In this document: positions 62,574 through 64,000 of the stretch, one piece after another
How the letters are laid out: the number at the start of each line of letters is the position of its first letter
Numbering within the stretch: the stretch's first letter is position 1
NCBI GenBank assembly: GCA_041644975.1
Contig: JBAZQX010000008.1
Coordinates: 334-64,333, forward strand
From: Candidatus Doudnabacteria bacterium
GTDB taxonomy: Bacteria; Patescibacteriota; JAQUNI01
Direction: 5' to 3'
DNA: 64,000 nt
The notes under the pieces: generated by a model
Databases searched by the model: none
What the model was told of the DNA's origin: nothing
What the model saw: only the letters and a program-made list of their open reading frames with translations
Translations under genes and position numbers: made by a program

Positions 62574-62963
62574 TTATTGCTTTGCCCATTTCTGCCAACC
62601 GCCAATCTGGCGGCCAATATCTTCAATTTGTTTGTTAATAATTTCCAGCTTTCCCGAGCTGATAATTTTTAAATCAAAAGCCAAACGAGTATGAATTCTT
62701 AAGGTTTCCAATCGGTTGTCCAATTTTTGCAAAAGTTCAAACTTTTTATCCGCGCTGTTTGCCAATACAATCAAGTCCAATAACTCCGCGCTAATTACTT
62801 TTAATTTTTCGCCCAAGGTATATTTATACTCTTTTTGAAAATTGGTTGTGGTTTTGTAAATTTCCAAAGTCAAAAGGTAAGCTGATTGAAAAATTGCAAT
62901 ATGATGATATTGAGCCATTTTATTTAAACCTAGGACTTCCGCGTTTGACTCCAGATTTGTCAT
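62574..62963 (-). CDS. avd: DGR accessory variability determinant (Avd)-like four-helix-bundle protein
   Basis: 129 aa; the pattern LETLRIHTRLAFDLKIIS...IEDIGRQIGGWQK parallels the Bordetella phage Avd C-terminus (LAMLRFWLRFLAG...IAEVGRILGSWI); lies between TR and VR. Confidence 0.65.
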   Translation of the reverse strand: MTNLESNAEVLGLNKMAQYHHIAIFQSAYLLTLEIYKTTTNFQKEYKYTLGEKLKVISAELLDLIVLANSADKKFELLQKLDNRLETLRIHTRLAFDLKIISSGKLEIINKQIEDIGRQIGGWQKWAKQ

Positions 62964-62977
62964 TCCAGCCTTTCAAA

Positions 62978-63045
62978 TGTCTTGCTGAATTCATTTCAGC
63001 ATCTTCATTTTTTTGAGGAGATCCTGAACTAAATTCAGGATGACA
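62978..63045. repeat. Family C hairpin pair located 60-130 nt 3' of the VR (in coding sense)
   Basis: tgtcttgctgaattcatttcagcatc and gatcctgaactaaattcaggatgaca. Confidence 0.6.
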
Positions 63046-63100
63046 GAATAAGAATGAACAAATGATTCAAATCATAAAATAATCAAATCAAACATAAGAG

Positions 63101-63234
63101 GGAATTATGGGCGGAAAACGGCACGAAATCGATAGCTACCGTAGACATAGTCGATATCGAAGTTGGAACAGGCGTAATGGCCAGCTACCCGCGCATGGCT
63201 GTAGATGAGCTGCTCGGAGAGCCACTCCCAAAGG
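63101..63234 (-). other. DGR variable repeat (VR) at the 3' end of the target gene
   Basis: Covers the last 42 codons up to the stop at 63105-63107; differs from the TR only at TR-adenine positions. Confidence 0.8.
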
Positions 63235-64000
63235 GGGCTATTAGACAAATCCATATATTCATCGTTCGGGGCGGCGTTAGCGCCACGACCGGCATTGCCG
63301 CCGTAATTGCCAATAGTTTTACTAGACGAAGCTCCTGAAGAATGATAAGCGCTATCGCCGGCAGTACCATCAGCATCGCCGCTAGTAGCGCCGCAAAATC
63401 CAAAAAAATCATTACTGGTTGGCAATCTTGTTCCTTTCCAATTTTTTAGAATCTCTGGCGTGATTGGACCGCCAACACCTGTTATGGCCTCGCTTGGCGT
63501 GGTGTATCCTCCTTGACCAGGTAAATCCTTTTGGCCGTCATAACAATCTGCTTGACACAAAGCGCAATCTCCGTTGTCAAAAGTAGTATCGGCGGCGCAG
63601 GCGGCATCAATGCCACTATAGTTGCCAACAGTCCCACTGGGAAAACTGCCGGAGCAGGTATATGCGGCAATATAAGAATTATCTCGTTTGGTTGCACAAA
63701 AATCTCCATTCCATGAGCCAGCAGTGCCGGCTGTTGTTTTAACACACACTCCATCTTCAGGATCTATAGCATCACCGTCGCCATTGCCGTCTTCAAACCA
63801 ATACCAACCGTTGGCGTTTTGGGCATCGCAGGTTTCTTTCGTGATTGTGGGTGTGCCCGTCCACTCTGTGCCTGGATAACCTGAATAGGCGCCGGTTTGC
63901 GAAACCCCAAAGCTCGTGCCCTGCTTGACCGTGCTGGTGGATAAACTGGCGGCGTTGTAAGTGCCAGTATAAGCGGCTGTGGTTAAAACCTTGGCCGCGC
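63105..64000 (-). CDS. DGR target protein, 3' portion (the gene continues beyond the window end); GC-rich, Gly/Thr/Ser-rich with a C-terminal lectin/FGE-like variable region
   Basis: The reading frame is open from the window edge to the stop at 63105. The C-terminus ...SPLWEWLSEQ..YRFRAVFRP is encoded by the VR. The ORF-track start at 63749 is a GTG artefact. Confidence 0.75.
   Translation of the reverse strand, partial: AAKVLTTAAYTGTYNAASLSTSTVKQGTSFGVSQTGAYSGYPGTEWTGTPTITKETCDAQNANGWYWFEDGNGDGDAIDPEDGVCVKTTAGTAGSWNGDFCATKRDNSYIAAYTCSGSFPSGTVGNYSGIDAACAADTTFDNGDCALCQADCYDGQKDLPGQGGYTTPSEAITGVGGPITPEILKNWKGTRLPTSNDFFGFCGATSGDADGTAGDSAYHSSGASSSKTIGNYGGNAGRGANAAPNDEYMDLSNSPLWEWLSEQLIYSHARVAGHYACSNFDIDYVYGSYRFRAVFRP

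Noticed and set aside
63482-63754. Alternative-frame minus-strand ORF (MECVLKQQ...) and the GTG-initiated 214-aa call starting at 63749
   Set aside because: The target-gene frame stays open from the window edge through 63749. The M at 63749 is a GTG internal Val, and the other frame is an overlapping artefact.

Overview
This 64-kb window is low-GC (roughly 35-40%), gene-dense bacterial DNA whose gene content and style (tsaE/tsaD, polA, ruvB/ruvC, a PilB-type ATPase, a VanW protein, many small membrane proteins, palindromic intergenic repeats) resemble a small-genome, possibly CPR/Patescibacteria-like, organism. Three things stand out beyond the housekeeping genes. (1) At the 3' end (60.8-64.0 kb) there is a complete diversity-generating retroelement (DGR). 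It has a DGR-type reverse transcriptase (RT), a template repeat (TR) and a variable repeat (VR) of about 130 bp that differ only at TR adenines, an Avd-like accessory protein, and a GC-rich lectin-like target gene that runs off the window. The RT is convergent with the TR/avd/target strand, and its 5' end carries a (GA)14 microsatellite. (2) A roughly 19.4-kb integrative element (about 23.69-43.07 kb) splits a lamin-tail-domain (LTD) surface-protein gene. It has a large serine recombinase at its right edge and carries an IS200-like insertion, an Xis-like protein, an SF2-helicase/DUF559-nuclease protein plus an adjacent DNA methyltransferase, a repeat-flanked operon of unknown function (1256-aa and 193-aa proteins), and a run of small membrane-protein genes. 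(3) There are at least three families of palindromic/MITE-like repeats. Family A is the CCCCGTTAGA(A/G)A hairpin element, with 5 copies around pilB, ruvB and the TPR gene. Family B is a TIR-bounded 222-bp element, with a 45-bp piece inserted in-frame in a membrane-protein gene. Family C is a set of short hairpins concentrated around the DGR. A four-gene ATP-grasp/retropepsin/7TM/QEGLA-type predicted peptide-modification cluster (46.8-52.7 kb) and a sugar-metabolism cluster (GH130-like, GT4 fusion, ROK kinase) are also present. All calls come from reading the translations and the sequence directly; no database searches were run.
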